Assembly: GCF_037042905.1 (NCBI RefSeq)
Contig: NC_087252.1
Span: 11,100,001 to 11,164,000, forward strand
Source of the DNA: Lytechinus pictus
Lineage: Eukaryota
Direction of reading: 5' to 3'
DNA length: 64,000 nucleotides
The notes under the pieces are model-generated. The model was not told the origin of the DNA. It saw nothing but the letters and a program-made list of their open reading frames with translations, and searched no databases. Position 1 is the stretch's first letter, and each line of letters begins with the position of its first letter. The translations under genes were made by a program, and so were the position numbers. Positions 1 to 13,027 of this stretch are shown here, piece after piece.

Positions 1-71
1 TGCATTTTCCAACCCTGTGGAATGTGAAAAATATGGAAATATTTGCTATGACAAGGAACATAATTATTTAA

Positions 72-659
72 AGGACAAGTCCACCCCAACAAAAAATTGA
101 TTTGTATAAAAATAGAAAAATCTTGAACACTGAATATTTCATCAAAATCGGATGTAAAATAAGAAAGTTATGACGTTTTAAAGTTTTGCTTAATTTCACA
201 AAACGGTTATATGCACATCCTGGTTGGTACACAAATGAGGAGACTGATGTCATCCACTCACTATTTCTTTTGTATTTTATTATATGAAATATTCTACTTT
301 TCTCCTGATTGTCAAGTAAAACAACAATTAATTCCTCCCTAAACATGTGGAATTAGCATTGTTTAATACTATATGGTTCAGTCAAGTTGGTGTTTACTGT
401 CAAATCTGTAAAAAATGAAAATCATATAATTCCAACAATAAAAAACAAAAGAAATAGTGAGTGATGGACATCATCGACTGACTCATTTGCATGTCACTGA
501 GTTGTGCATATCACTGTTTTGTGAAAAATAAGCGAAACTTTAAATTGCCATAACTTTCTTATTTTACATCCGATTTTGATGAAAATTTCAGCATTATACT
601 AGTTTGATTTTTCTCTATTTATTCATATCAAGATTTTTTTTCTGTTGTGGACTTGACCT
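72..659. mobile_element. Non-autonomous TIR element, Kolobok/T2-MITE-like (TTAA target, AGG termini)
   Basis: ttaa|aggacaagtccac ... gtggacttgacct|ttaa; long imperfect inverted arms; sibling copies at 18954 and 26230. Confidence 0.8.
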
Positions 660-1055
660 TTAATAGTTCTGGCAGTTTCAATTGTAAATTTCTTACTTGG
701 CCTACACCCACTTCATTATCTTTCCATTTGGTCTCATCCCACATGGTCAAATCCTCATTCATCTACAACCACTTCTTCGACATCTACTTAATTTGGTCTA
801 ATTATATTGTTTTGTTTCATTCCCAGTCAGGCTATACCCAGTTTGTCCAATATCAAATGGATTAACAGCACTTTGTCTAGATATAATCATTAGATGTAAA
901 GCATATATTTATAAATTCAATATTCAGTAGTAGACAAAGTGGAAATTCCACTATTTGGGGATTAGATGGGATCGACTAGAATTAGACTATGAGGGTATTA
1001 GACCAAGTGTAGTATAATCTAAAAAATGGCAATAAGAACCAATGTGATATTAGAC

Positions 1056-1594
1056 CAGGAGCCCGTCTTACAAAGAGTTGCGATTGATCGGATCAAATCG
1101 CAACTATGGAAAGCCAGCAAAGTCAACATATAAAATGCATGTTTGTTTTAAAAAAATTTAGATATTAAACCATGAATTCACTGATTTCTTAACAATTTGG
1201 TGTGTTCTCCTTTGTTTACAAAGGATATTTTGCAAATTTCCTGTAGAAAAAATTATGACACTGATGGATTTCCATAGAGTTACGATTGATTGGATCAATT
1301 GTTACTCTTTGTAAGACAGGGCCCTGTCTTATAAATAGTTATGATTGATCCAATCAATCTCAACTGTATGGAAATCCATCCATACCAAAATTTTTCTCTA
1401 CATGAAGTTTGCACAATCTCCCTAGAAAACAAAGAGATTCACACTGAATCTTCAAGAGAAGGATGAATGTATGAATATACATCATTATCCTAGAATACAC
1501 TTTGAACAAATTTGCATTTCAGATGTTGACGTTGCAGGCCGTCCATAGTTGTGATTGATTGGATCAATCACAACTCTTTGTAAGACAGGGCCCT
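1056..1594. mobile_element. Tandem dimer of a ~265-bp Harbinger-like MITE
   Basis: TIR g(g/a)gccc(t)gtcttacaaagagttgcgattgatc at 1058; its complement ends at ~1323 and ~1593; central junction agacagggccctgtct; CWG-like flanks. Confidence 0.65.
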
Positions 1595-1752
1595 GATGGG
1601 TTGAGTCATGGTAGTACGTGTAGATTGTCTGGGACGTCGATCCAAATCAATATAAGCTGCTTCAATGGCTGTACATTCTTCAGACAACAAGCTTTGTGGC
1701 TAGATGTAGCATGTCTCAATATCGAGATGAGTTCATTCTAGAATACCTCATA

Positions 1753-2019
1753 GAGGTGTAGTGACTCAATGGATAAGTCTCCAGACTTTGAAACATAAGG
1801 TCCGGGGTTCAAATCCCAACGCTGCACTCGCACCCTTAGGCAAGGCGTTTATCTACATTTGCCACTCTCCACCCAGGTGTAGTGAATGGGTGCCAGGTAG
1901 GAAGAAATTCCTTGAATGCTCGAGTGCCCGATCAGGGTAGCTGTGCTAAAGCCAGGAAAATAGTATGCAAAGCTTTAAAACATTTGTATGCGCTATATAA
2001 ATGTTGCATATTATTATTG
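1753..2019 (+). mobile_element. tRNA-derived SINE with L2-like 3' tail
   Basis: A-box-like gtgactcaatgg, B-box ggttcaaatccc, central ctccacccaggtg..aatgggt, tail gcgctatataaatg...attattatt; relatives at 8070 and 61242. Confidence 0.8.
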
Positions 2020-2039
2020 ATATCATTAGAATTGAAACA

Positions 2040-4084
2040 CTATTCTGAAACAGAGCCAATATTTCTTTCAAAGAGTTGTGAAAATATCGTTGAGATGGCT
2101 ACGTTTGTAGGATCGCTCAGCCTTTGGTCTGTAGCATATGGTCTTGGTAAAGCATGAGAAGTCTCAAGGGTCACAGATGTGGATGGGAGACCAACACTGC
2201 TGCCTAAAGACACATCTGTAAAACTATCTTTTGAGTTGGTATCGATCAAGGTGGCAGAGATAATATTCTTGGCAGAACTATGCGAGATGTAAGACGGGTC
2301 TTCTGGTGTATCAGATTGAGAAGGAATTGCTTGGGCAGTAGACAAGTTCTCTGATCTAACAGTTGGAGAAGGGATATCCTTGACAGCGGGTGATGTCTGC
2401 GACTGGGATTCACTATCATCCTGCTCAGCATTGTGGTTGAGGTAAAGGTTAATCTTGTGCTTCTTGTTCATGTGGTACCTTAGGGAGATTTCGGAATTAA
2501 AGCGTCGCGTACATTTCGAGCACCGCAAATGACCTCGGTGATACTGCACCACGTGGTACTGCAAGAGATCTTTCCGCTTGAACTGCTTCCCACATTCAGG
2601 ACACACACTCCACACGTTTGGAGTATGAATCCTCTTGTGTTTGTAGAGCGCGTGATGGGTGAAGAAACCCTTCCCGCACTGATCGCACCTGAAGGACCTG
2701 TCCTTCAAGTGCTTACTTTGAAGATGGGATTGATAGGATCTCCGAAGACGGAAACTCTCACCACATTTTACACATTTATACGGTTTCTCGCCCGTGTGGA
2801 GTCGTTCGTGATCCTGCAAACTCATATTCGAGGAGACACACTTGCCACAGTACTGGCAGGTGAATTCCCTTCTTTGCTCGTGTACGCGCTGGATGTGACC
2901 CTTAAGATTGGTTGGTTGCAAGAAAACTTTATCGCACATATGACACTTTTGCTTGGGTTTATTGTGGCATATCATGTGAGCTTGGAGGGTTTTATGATTG
3001 TGTTTGACAGCCCCGCAGATCTCGCATACATACATGTACTTCCCTCGATCATCAACCTTTTCAGGGTGAAAAGCTTCAATATGGCGTCTCAGGGTCGTCT
3101 CTGAGCAAAACAGGTTTTCACAGAATGTGCACATCACTTTTGATTTTCCATCATACTTTGATTTTGTGATAAACCTCACTCCTCCCCCATGCCCATGTGC
3201 CTGGCTTTGCTTTTGATGTTTTAATAGATTGCCTCGATTCCTGAATGTCGCACCACAATCATTGCATCTGAACTTGTTGCTATGGCTGCGTATGTGCGCC
3301 AGAAGTGTTTTAGATGAGAAGAAAGTCTGGCCACATGTTTTGCACGTCAAGGGACCCGTCTTGTGGTGGGGGATGTGCTTCCCCAAGGCCTCTGTGCTCG
3401 GAAACACACTACTGCAGACCTGACACACGAAGGCTTTATGCTGACTCATATGATTACGAAGATGTTTGTACACAGCAAAGCAGCTGCCGCACACAATGCA
3501 CTGTAGAAACTGCTCGACCAGCTGCCGTCCATGCCTGAACTCATAACCACTGGATTCTGTAAGCTCTCTGCCCTTTTCAACAGACTTTTCAATCGCTTCA
3601 ATCTGAGCCGCACTGGGTCGAGGTTCGTACACCTTGCACTTGTGGCATTTCTCCTCGACAAGCCCGCAGTGGGACTTCATGTGTAACCTGTGTCCCTCAA
3701 AAGTCTTGCTGACCTCACTGCAGTAATCGCACGCGACTTCTCCAACTGTACCAGAGCTCTTTCTCTTCTGAAGGATCTTTGGCACTTTTCTTGTGTTGCT
3801 TTCACTTTTTGGAGCACTGTTCTCCTGGTGAGGCACCAATACCTCCTCAACGCCGCTATCTTCCTCTACTTCAAGAGTGGGTGAGACATCCAACGAAGTA
3901 GGTTCTCCTTCACTTTCATTTGGACACCGCTTCTTGGATGGCAGGTGCGCCTTCTTCATGTGGTCTATGCATTCAGAGAACACGTGGAACTTTTTCTGGC
4001 AGCTCAGACAGTCATAGGTCTTTGATTTGTTACATTTTCGCTTTCTGCTTGTGGAGGATTTCTGGTTCGATGCTAGCTTGGCAT
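2040..4084 (-). CDS. C2H2 zinc-finger protein, terminal exon (large finger array and S/T/P-rich tail)
   Basis: 647-aa ORF with many CxxC..HxxxH fingers and a TGEKPY linker; acceptor ttcag at 4085; phase-1 join to exon 7218-7099 keeps the frame. Confidence 0.93.
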
Positions 4085-4339
4085 CTGAATGAATTGGGAA
4101 TGGAAATGGAAAGAAGAGATAAGAATATATAGTAAAGATTGATATAATGTACCTGTTTTTAAGACATGATTATGTTTAATTGTAAATTATTTACTTGTGA
4201 TATTTACTGTCTTATTACCGTGAAATGTTTAACTTTGTACTGCATGTGTACTTGTTTTTAGGGGATAACCTAGATAAGTAATTTTACTTTTGTTATACCC
4301 TCCACTGTACTATAATATGCTGACTCTCATTGTGAGTTT

Positions 4340-4785
4340 TATGGTGAACAGGGGTTTGCGCACACAGTGCTGGAACTCTAGAATAGTATTCCACACAGTT
4401 TAAGGCAAGTTGATGCAATTGGGCAATTTAAATGTGCATTGAAAACATATTCATTTAACTGATAATCATCAGCACTACCAGCAGCTTTCCCTCATCTTTT
4501 CTTCTTTCTTATTCCTAATGCACATTGAGACCTTAGGGCAATTCCATAAAACATGTACGTCCGACCCCCTATATGTGGGACCTTCATGAAATTTTCTGTC
4601 TCTGATTTCTTGTTCTTTTGACAGTCTGTAATGTTGTCTAAGGACCATGACTTGGTCAGTTTATGGAGTGAATTAAGACTTGGGGAAAAATGGGGGTCGG
4701 ACGTACAGAAAGGTTGATCATTTTATGGAATTGCCCCTTAGTAAGGTGTAATGCACTATAAAATTGTGCTATTATTATTATTACT
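4340..4785 (+). mobile_element. 3' stub of an L2-type LINE, interrupted by a MITE
   Basis: Translates as YGEQGFAHTVLEL*NSIPHSLR...FKCALKTYSF, resembling the L2 ORF2 C-terminus; ends in gcactataaaattg..(att)n. Confidence 0.65.
4536..4737. mobile_element. Small PIF/Harbinger-like MITE
   Basis: tta|gggcaattccataaaa ... ttttatggaattgcccc|tta; internal inverted tacgtccgacccc. Confidence 0.75.
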
Positions 4786-4907
4786 ATCAAGAAGATGAAG
4801 GTAAATGGAGAAGAAATTCAACATAAATGCATAAGGACTGCATTTGAATCATGTTCGGTCAAAAGACTTCAGCTGTATTAGTATTAGGGTTAAAAGTTCT
4901 ATTAGTA

Positions 4908-6637
4908 GGAGTGGGCTATATAAATGGGTGATTTTTGGTTTGACTGTGACAAAAATTTTTGTGTGTTCCTTTTACCTTATCTCAACATAAAATGACAATA
5001 TTTTTTGTCTCGGGTACGAGAAAAAGTGTGCCGGGCCAAAATCCAAAATGGCCGCCAAAACCCCCCAAATCACATTTTAGGCCACAATTTCTTTATTTGG
5101 TGGCCTTTTTCTCTGGTTTTGGTGTCTATTCATATGTTTTTGGGGGTGGGCAATTTGTTTTTCCTAAAATTAGTACTTTTAAATCATTATTTGTAAAGTA
5201 GGAGATTTTACTTAAATTTAAACATTTTTAGAGCCCTTTTTAAGCCCAAAAGGAGGTTTCATCATCTTGTGATTCTTGGACAATAGACGATACCAATTGA
5301 ACAGTAGCAAGCTGCTTCATAAAGCTATATTGCTTTTGTTCCTCTAAATTGGCGTTAACAGATATGTGCAAAATATATCTTATCAAATGAAAGAAAATAT
5401 CATTCATTCATAAGGGCTATACGGTGTACAATGTACTGTACATACTACACTGCATATATCCATGCACTGACCACCATGACATACATGTATAACAAAGCCT
5501 ACAGGTACAGTATATAAACTATAGTGTCAAAGAAATGAGTTCCTGATGTTAAAAATTTGATTGTGAATTTGACTGCTTGTCAGCTGATGTACATGACCTA
5601 ACCCGATGTAAAATAAATTGCACATAAACATCAGTAGGCGATATCATATCATAGAGCTATAGCTCTATGATCATACATGTATATACGTACATAGCATTTG
5701 TTGCTATATCTTCTTCATTTGGAGGTTTTTTTACCTTGTTGTTGTTGTATGTTTATGGGGTCAGGTAAATACCATGGCAACACTGATCAACAGACAATCA
5801 GAATCAAGGATTCCAAGCAAGTTACCATAATGGTAACTTTTATGCAACAGGGCCCAGAAAAGCTATGTAGGGTTGACTATAATCCATTGTTATTGATATT
5901 TACCCCTCTCCGCCCCCTGAATTAGCATGTTAGATAAAACATCATGTCTTCAATATCTGAGACAAAACATATCTTCAATGTCAGAGGCATCTAATTCTAA
6001 ACCTAAGAGCTCATTTCTATGACACTATAGTTTATACAGACCTTGCTATATGTCATGGTTGTCAATGCATGGACATACATGTAACTATATGCAGTGCAGT
6101 ATATGTACATACACTGTACAGTATGGATAAATGGCATATTTTATTTAATAAGATATACGCAAATATCCGTAAAACCCAAAGTAGAGGAATAAAAGCAATA
6201 TAGCTATATGAAGCTGCTTGCCACTGTTGAACTAGTATCGTCTAATATCCAAGAACCACATGACGATGAAACCTACTTTTAAGCTGCAAAATGGCTCTAA
6301 AAATTGGTAAATTTGGGTAAAATCACCTCTTAACTCTACAAATAAAGGTTTAAAAGTACTTATTTCAGGAAAAACAAATTGCTTGTCCCCAAAAACATAT
6401 GAATAGACACCAAAACCAGAGAAAAAGGCCACCAAATAGAGAAGTTGTGGCCAAAACTGTGATTTTGGGGGTTTGGCGGCCATTTTGGATTTTGGCCCGG
6501 CACACTTTTTTCTCAGACCCGAGACAAAAAATATTGTCATTTCATTTTGAGATACATTACAAGGTATAAAAAAACTGTTGCCATATAGAAATGACAAAAA
6601 AAGTATTTTTGACCCATGTACAAGTATAGCCCAATCC
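4908..6637. mobile_element. ~1.7-kb foldback MITE with TA target duplication (copy 1)
   Basis: ta|ggagtgggctata ... tatagcccaatcc|ta; arms several hundred bp long; sibling at 11319-13027 in opposite orientation. Confidence 0.85.
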
Positions 6638-7098
6638 TACTATCAGGTTATCACATTACATTAAATAGAGGTATTACAACATAATCAAGGATGAATTGTT
6701 TGTCACTTTATTAGAATGAACAAAAAGAGATATTTTGGGGTATATATTCAGTGTCCAAAGGGGAGAGTTGTACATCTGTGACATCACAGATATTGGTCGC
6801 ATTGCCAAAGGTAGGATCTCCACAGCATTAATAGTGATCTTGGCATTCAAAAGCTATTAACTTTCTTATTGCTTGTCCAATTGTGCTCAAACCTTTATTG
6901 ATCTACACTAACATGCTCAGATTTCATTCTCCATTAAAGGTCATGCAAGTAACTTGAATGTAAGAGCATCTGTAGCCTAATATTGAAATGGACTTTCTTA
7001 CCTTATTATTATTCTTCCTAAATGTAACATATTTAAAATGATACAAAAGCTCAAAATTATTTTTTTGATTGTTCTTAAAACAAGAATTCTTCTCTTAC

Positions 7099-7218
7099 CT
7101 GAACCATCGGTGATGATATTTTGAACAAAGGCATTGAGTTTCATCGTCTCCTCATGGGCTCTGTGAAGCTCAGCTAATTTCTCCTCTAAAGTCTTCCTTT
7201 TCCTGTTAGTTCCTTTGG
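7099..7218 (-). CDS. C2H2 zinc-finger protein, internal 120-nt exon (AKGTNRKRKTLEEKLAELHRAHEETMKLNAFVQNIITDGS)
   Basis: tatag acceptor, gtaag donor, phase 1-1, open frame joining the two large exons; not in the ORF track. Confidence 0.8.
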
Positions 7219-7729
7219 CTATACATATAATATTGAGAGAAATGGAGATAAGATTTAGGGGTGAGGGGGGGGGGGGGTGGGTGGGTGTGAGCAGGGCTGA
7301 TTGTTTTTAACCCAAATTAATAAATGTATTTTACTTCTACTTAAATTTGGTAGTATTATGACAATTAAAGGGGAATCCAATCCAAATAAAAACTTGTTTT
7401 TTCGAGGGAAAAGAAAAATCAGACAAGTTGACAGGTGAAAGTTTGAACAATATCGGACAAGCAATAAAAAAGTTATGAATTTTTAAAAGTTGTAATTATT
7501 GGTAATCATTATACCCATGGAGACTTCAAACTGGCAGCATAGGTGATGTCATAGTGATGTAAGGCAAGGACTACTCTTCCATGTACTCCAATACAGAAAA
7601 TGGCTAAAATGTCATTACTTCAAATTATATTTTTCTTTTATGAGGATATAAAACAATATACTCCCTGTGTTATTTAGATTGCTGGCCCAGGGGAATGGTA
7701 CTTATAGGAGAAAACCACAAATCTATGAT

Positions 7730-7926
7730 AATTCGTAAATTATACAAATAGTATGAAGTATAATTAGAATTCTATTAGTAATAATGAAGTATAAGTCGAG
7801 GAGGATAGCATTTCCCAGGTGTTAGGCAGTGAAATTCACACAATGGGATTCAAAGCAATCAAAATTCCACACAGGACCAGTTCTCTATAAAAGGCCCTAA
7901 CCAATGAATAGGAACCATCTTTTCAA
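7730..7926 (-). repeat. DIRS 3' ITR plus terminal extension
   Basis: 7801-7926 is the reverse complement of 14537-14663 (one mismatch and one indel seen); 7730-7767 is an extra extension absent from the other end. Confidence 0.9.
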
Positions 7927-8069
7927 AGACGGCTAAGATCATACAAAAACACAAAGATCTTGTAAAGAACTAAAAACAGGATTGCTTTCCAATCCACTTA
8001 AGTAATTTTTCAAGATGTACACACCAAATAATCATTTGGTTTGTACAAATTTGTTGTATGTGTTTGAAT

Positions 8070-8330
8070 GGGGCGCCGTGGTCTAGTGGTTACGACTCTC
8101 GTCTTTCAATCAGACGGACATGGGTTCAAATTCCAGGCATGATATGTTTTCCTTCTGCAATAAATATACCCACCATGTGCTGCACTCAACCCAGGTGAGG
8201 AGAATGGGTACCGACAGGATCAACTCCTTGATTGCACTGAGCGCTAAGAGGCAGCTCGTGCTTAAGTCGGGGATAATAATACTAACAATGTGCCTCGGAA
8301 TAGATTATTTCTAGATAGATGGCGCTATAT
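8070..8330 (+). mobile_element. tRNA-derived SINE nested inside the DIRS element
   Basis: A box gtggtctagtgg, B box gggttcaaattcc, caacccaggtg..aatgggtacc, tail ggcgctatat. Confidence 0.8.
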
Positions 8331-8418
8331 TCCAACAAAATAAGTTCTGCATTTCAAAATTGACTTCTGTATAATCGGGAGGGAATAAAATTGTTTTGAT
8401 GCAGTCATGCAGGGTGGG

Positions 8419-8535
8419 ATCCTCCTCAACTTATACTTCATTATTACTAATAGAATTCTAATTATACTTCATACTATTTGTATAATTTACGAATTCTATT
8501 ACGTAACATTCGTATAAGTCTTCAGAGGATAGCAT
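8419..8535 (-). repeat. DIRS internal complementary region (ICR)
   Basis: 8419-8495 is the reverse complement of 7730-7806 (1 mismatch); 8492-8535 is the reverse complement of 14653-14696; the halves share AATT at 8492-8495. Confidence 0.9.
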
Positions 8536-8567
8536 GTTCAAAGCCACATATCAGAAGTCAATTTCAA

Positions 8568-11200
8568 ACAATTTGAAAGTTATCTCCCCTAATGATCTCA
8601 TAAAGATCATATTACCTCAACGTGGTCATACGATGTTGCCACTTGCCAAACTAGAAATATTTATAACACTTCAGAATGAATTGACATTATGAAAATGTAA
8701 TTAAGGAACACTGAATCAGCCAATGATTATATTTATATAATTATTAATAAATTGTTTCTCAATGAAGGCGAGGAAATTAATCAGTGAAATATTCCTCATC
8801 GATTCATCTTGCAAATTATCTCCGATCAATCAAGTACATATCATACTTCTATATAATCCATTGATATAAATGTGAAATATTTTCAAATAATTTTTATATC
8901 ATTTTAAGGTTTTCTACATCAGCAGTAGAGGCGAAAATGGCCTCACTGGAAGAGCCATATATAATAATCGACGTTTAAGATAAGAATAACTAATGTTGGA
9001 AGATTCATCGTACTATATAAGGATGAAAATAATATCTTGCTTCAGATATCAAAAGTCAAGATATTTCTCTATGATCAAATCAAAAGTTTAGTGGTGAAGG
9101 AGGTAGTTAATTATTGATGAAACGCGGAACAATTACTGAGGCATCATGGTCAGATGGTATAAAATGTAAAAACTAATTCAGTTTTTGATCTGAGACAAGG
9201 TTACTAAATATTTTTAGGGGGTTCCAATGGGTGAATACTAGACAGTAATCTTTGTCATGTTTGTGCACCTTTAACCTGAGAAGAGTAGTTTAGAAAAAGC
9301 AATCAACAAAGAAGAATTCATAATTGAAGAGAACAAAGTAGTGATGTTCAAATAATTTTCTCATCGTACAAAATAACTTTCATGACAACTCTTGAAAGTG
9401 AAATTTGGATGGTTCATTCAGCGTTTGAGCACGCTGGACGTAATTGCTGTCAGCAGAGAAGAGCAGAATTATTGACGTCAAAATAAGAAGATATAATTTA
9501 TGATTGCCCCGAAAAGATTAACATTCAACAATTTGGTACAATGAAATTGAATCAAACTTCCTTGTAATTTGGTGTGCCAAGTAAAAGGATATTCTCCCGA
9601 ATTGGAAGTCCATAAAAGGCTGTAATGAATTTAGATGTAAGAAAACTTGAAAAGAAAAGCTTCCTGAAAGATTTATAAACTTGATAACCATGGTTTAGAT
9701 TAAATGAAATTTCATGTTTTCAAATTTTGTTCGACTAATGAATTTTATCATTACAATTGATAAAGAGTTATATTGCTGTCAAATACTGTAATTGAGACAA
9801 GGAGTTCAACAAGGATTTGTAGGCAGTAAATTGCCTTAATTCAATGGGTAGGTCCATGATTCAATAATACTTGATTATCAGCATAGTGGTGGTCGAGGGT
9901 GTAGTTTACAGCACAGCTTGCAAAATTGGAGTTTATTCTTCTAATCAAACATACGTATCAATTTGAATAGTTAATGATATTGGTATTCATTTGTTTGTGA
10001 AAAACAAACGTGTTTTAAAAAATTATTGTTCTAGGGCATAGGTGCCGTGCAAGAAATTGATTCCTAAACATTTATGTTGGTAGTTAGCAGGTCAGATACC
10101 TTACAAAACATGATCGCGACACCTATAAACATGCTAACGATATTAGCAGTGATTGAGATCAATCATAGGTTGTGGAGTATCCGGTTTGAGTATAAGCATA
10201 ATTGACTGCCACAATAAGTAATGAATCTTAATGTTGATAATTGTCAGAAATTAATTTGAGATACAAGTCCAAAATGATGACACTTCGATCTCCAATTTTT
10301 TATACATGACATAACATAGTCGTCTGATTGAATGATGTAAATAGTAAAAGAACCAACCAGGTTAGGTCCTAGATGTTTTTAACTTTCCCCTGTAAAACAG
10401 ACCTCGAGAGCTCGCTTCCAGAAATCCCAGTTTTATTGTTATTCATTTTTTTTTTTTTTTTCAAACTATTTATCAACACAATTTCATTTTTTTTTGTGTG
10501 TGTATTTCCCTCATGATCGAGGAGTTAGTAATGAAAAAACTCAATTTCAGTGATACAAATGTACAAATCAAAGCAGCATCCTCTAGGGATCATAATGGCT
10601 TATACAATATTTTATATCAGATGACTGATTGTTAACATTCATGAAAAGTTCTCTTGGGAATCCATGTATTATATAAAGTTACTTTAAATATAGTTAAGTC
10701 TTCTTGGTAGCATACTGTATAATTTTGCATGGCACAACGTTGATGGTTCATGGTTGATAGTCTTGTACAAGATGAGTACAGGGTGGAAGAAATTTCAACT
10801 TTGATTAAAGAATGGATCTCTGTCCAGTGTTTTTACCAATACCAAAATTGTCGGAATGCATGTCTGCATACATTCTAAACTTTTGAAAGGTTTAAAGGTT
10901 ACTTAATCCAACTTGTTGTACACTTCGGGAATTTGGAATACTCTTAGTATCAACGGCTTGCGTTGGAAAGGATAATTAGGTGCTTTGTCAAGTTAGAAAT
11001 CCGATCTGTTTAAATCTTCCTTGTTCAATCTTTTTAATTAAAATCTTCTTTGTTCAATGAATAGATAACAAGAATACATGTACATGTATATAGGTCCATG
11101 GTCTGACAAATCTTCAATGTAGGTTGTCAAGGACAACATGAATGAATGGGAAGGTCTATCGGCAAAAGAATGTTCAGGCTTGGGCATGTAGCCTATTTAC
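8568..11200 (-). pseudogene. Heavily decayed DIRS pol (RT-RNaseH-methyltransferase-like) and tyrosine recombinase remnants
   Basis: Manual translation: TYIEDL (~11115), IGFLT*QST*LSFPTQAV (~10980), HLGPNLVGS..IQSDDYVMSCIK (~10340), DLLTTNINV*ESISCTAPMP (~10070), ILQAVL*..MLII (~9900), LLIAFSKLLFSG* (~9290), RSKTE (~9185), GR*LSNC (~8580); order fits DIRS1. Confidence 0.5.
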
Positions 11201-11318
11201 AAAGTCTGGTGAAAATGTACTAGCTACCTCTTTTATATAAGAATATAGTAATGAGCTATTCATTTAGGCGCCTTGCACGGATGAACTACTAGTTGGAACA
11301 ATTTTGCGTGTATTATTA

Positions 11319-13027
11319 GGAGTGGGCTATACATGGTTCAAAAATACTTTTTTTGTAATTTCAATATGACAACAGTTTTTTTTATTCCTTGTAATGTATC
11401 TCAACATGAAATGACAATATTTTTTGTCTCGGGTCCGAGAAAAAAGTGTGCCGGGCCAAAATCCAAAATGGCCGCCAAAACCCCCCAAAATCACAGTTTT
11501 GGCCACAATTTTTTTATTTGGTGGTCATTTTCTCTGGTTTTGGTGTCTATTCATATGTTTTGGGGGGCAGGCAATTTGTTTTTCTTATATTTAGTACTTT
11601 TAAACCATTATTTGTAGAGTTAAAAGGTAATTATACCTAAATTTTCCCATTTTTGTAGCCTTTTTTCAGCCAAAAAGTAGGTTTTATCATCCTGGGGTTC
11701 CGGGATATTAGATGGTACGGGGTCAACAATAGCAAGCAGCTTCATATAGCTATATTGCTTTTATTCCTCCACTTTGGGTTTTACGGATATTTGTGAAATA
11801 TATGTTATTAAATAAAAAAATGTCAATTATCCATTGGGGCTATACAGTATACATATGTACAATGTACTGCACATACATACTGCACTGCATAAATGCATTG
11901 GCCACCATGACAGATAACAAGGCTTGTATAAACTATACTATAGTGTCATAGAAATGAGCTCTCAGGTTTAGAATTAGATGCCTCAGAAATTGAAGATATG
12001 TTTTGTCTCAGAAATTGAGGACATGTTTTGTCAAATATGCTAATTCAGGGGGCGGAGAGAGGTAATTTACACTGTAGCTATTCTGGGCCCCTTTGCACAA
12101 AAATTTACCATTATGTTAACTTAACTTAATGGTAACTTGCATGCAATCCTTTATTCTGATTGGCTGTTGATCAGCGTTACCATACTAGCAGTTACCTGAC
12201 CCCATAAACATAGGCCAGTTAGACACCAGAACCAGGTTTAAAAGAAGCCTCCAAATGAAGAAGATATGGCTAAAAATGTGATGTACGTATATATACATGT
12301 ACATGTATGTGATATTTACATGTAAGTGTAATTTACGTTGCTAGTTTCACCATGTACATCAGCTGACAAGGAATCAAATTCACAATCTAATTCTAAACCT
12401 TTGAAGCTCATTTCTATGACACTATAGTTTATATACAGGCTTTGTCATATGCCATGGTGGTCAATGCATGGATATATGCAGTGTAGTATGTACAGTGCAT
12501 TGTACACCGTATAGCCCCTATGGATAAATGACATTTCCTTTTATTTGATAAGATATATTTCACAAATATCCGTAAAACCCAAAGTGGAGGAATAAAAGCA
12601 ATATAGCTACATTAAGCTGCTTGCTATTGTTGACCTCGTACCATCTAATATCCCAGAACCCCAGGATGATAAAACCTACATTTTGGCTGAAAAAAGGCTA
12701 CAAAATTGGGAAAATTTAGGTATAATTACCTTTTAACTCTACAAATAATGGTTTAAAAGTACTAATTATAGGAAAAACAAATTGCCTGCCCCCCCAAACA
12801 TATGAATAGACACCAAAACCAGAGAAAATGACCACCAAATAAAAAAATTGTGGCCAAAACTGTGATTTTGGGGGGTTTTGGCGGCCATTTTGGATTTTGG
12901 CCCGGCACACTTTTTTCTCGGACCCGAGACAAAAAATATTGTCATTTCATGTTGAGATAAGGTAAAAGGAACACAAAAAAACTGTTCCCATAGTAAAACC
13001 AAAAATCACCCATTTATAGCCCACTCC
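11319..13027. mobile_element. ~1.7-kb foldback MITE with TA target duplication (copy 2), nested in the DIRS element
   Basis: ta|ggagtgggctata ... tatagcccactcc|ta; same family as 4908-6637. Confidence 0.88.

Noticed and set aside
2246..4132. Antisense and alternate-frame ORFs over the zinc-finger exons (also 16.5-17.6 kb, 29.6-30.4 kb, 62.1-62.6 kb)
   Set aside because: Shadow ORFs of real coding exons with no recognisable motifs
9218..9270. Plus-strand GVPMGEY resembling Penelope RT or narnavirus RdRp motif B
   Set aside because: No downstream DD motif, many stops, and the opposite strand fits the DIRS YR position better
4959..13002. Recurrent short ORFs such as MCRAKIQNGRQNPP and GPKSKMAAK
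   Set aside because: Translations of MITE arms, not a gene family
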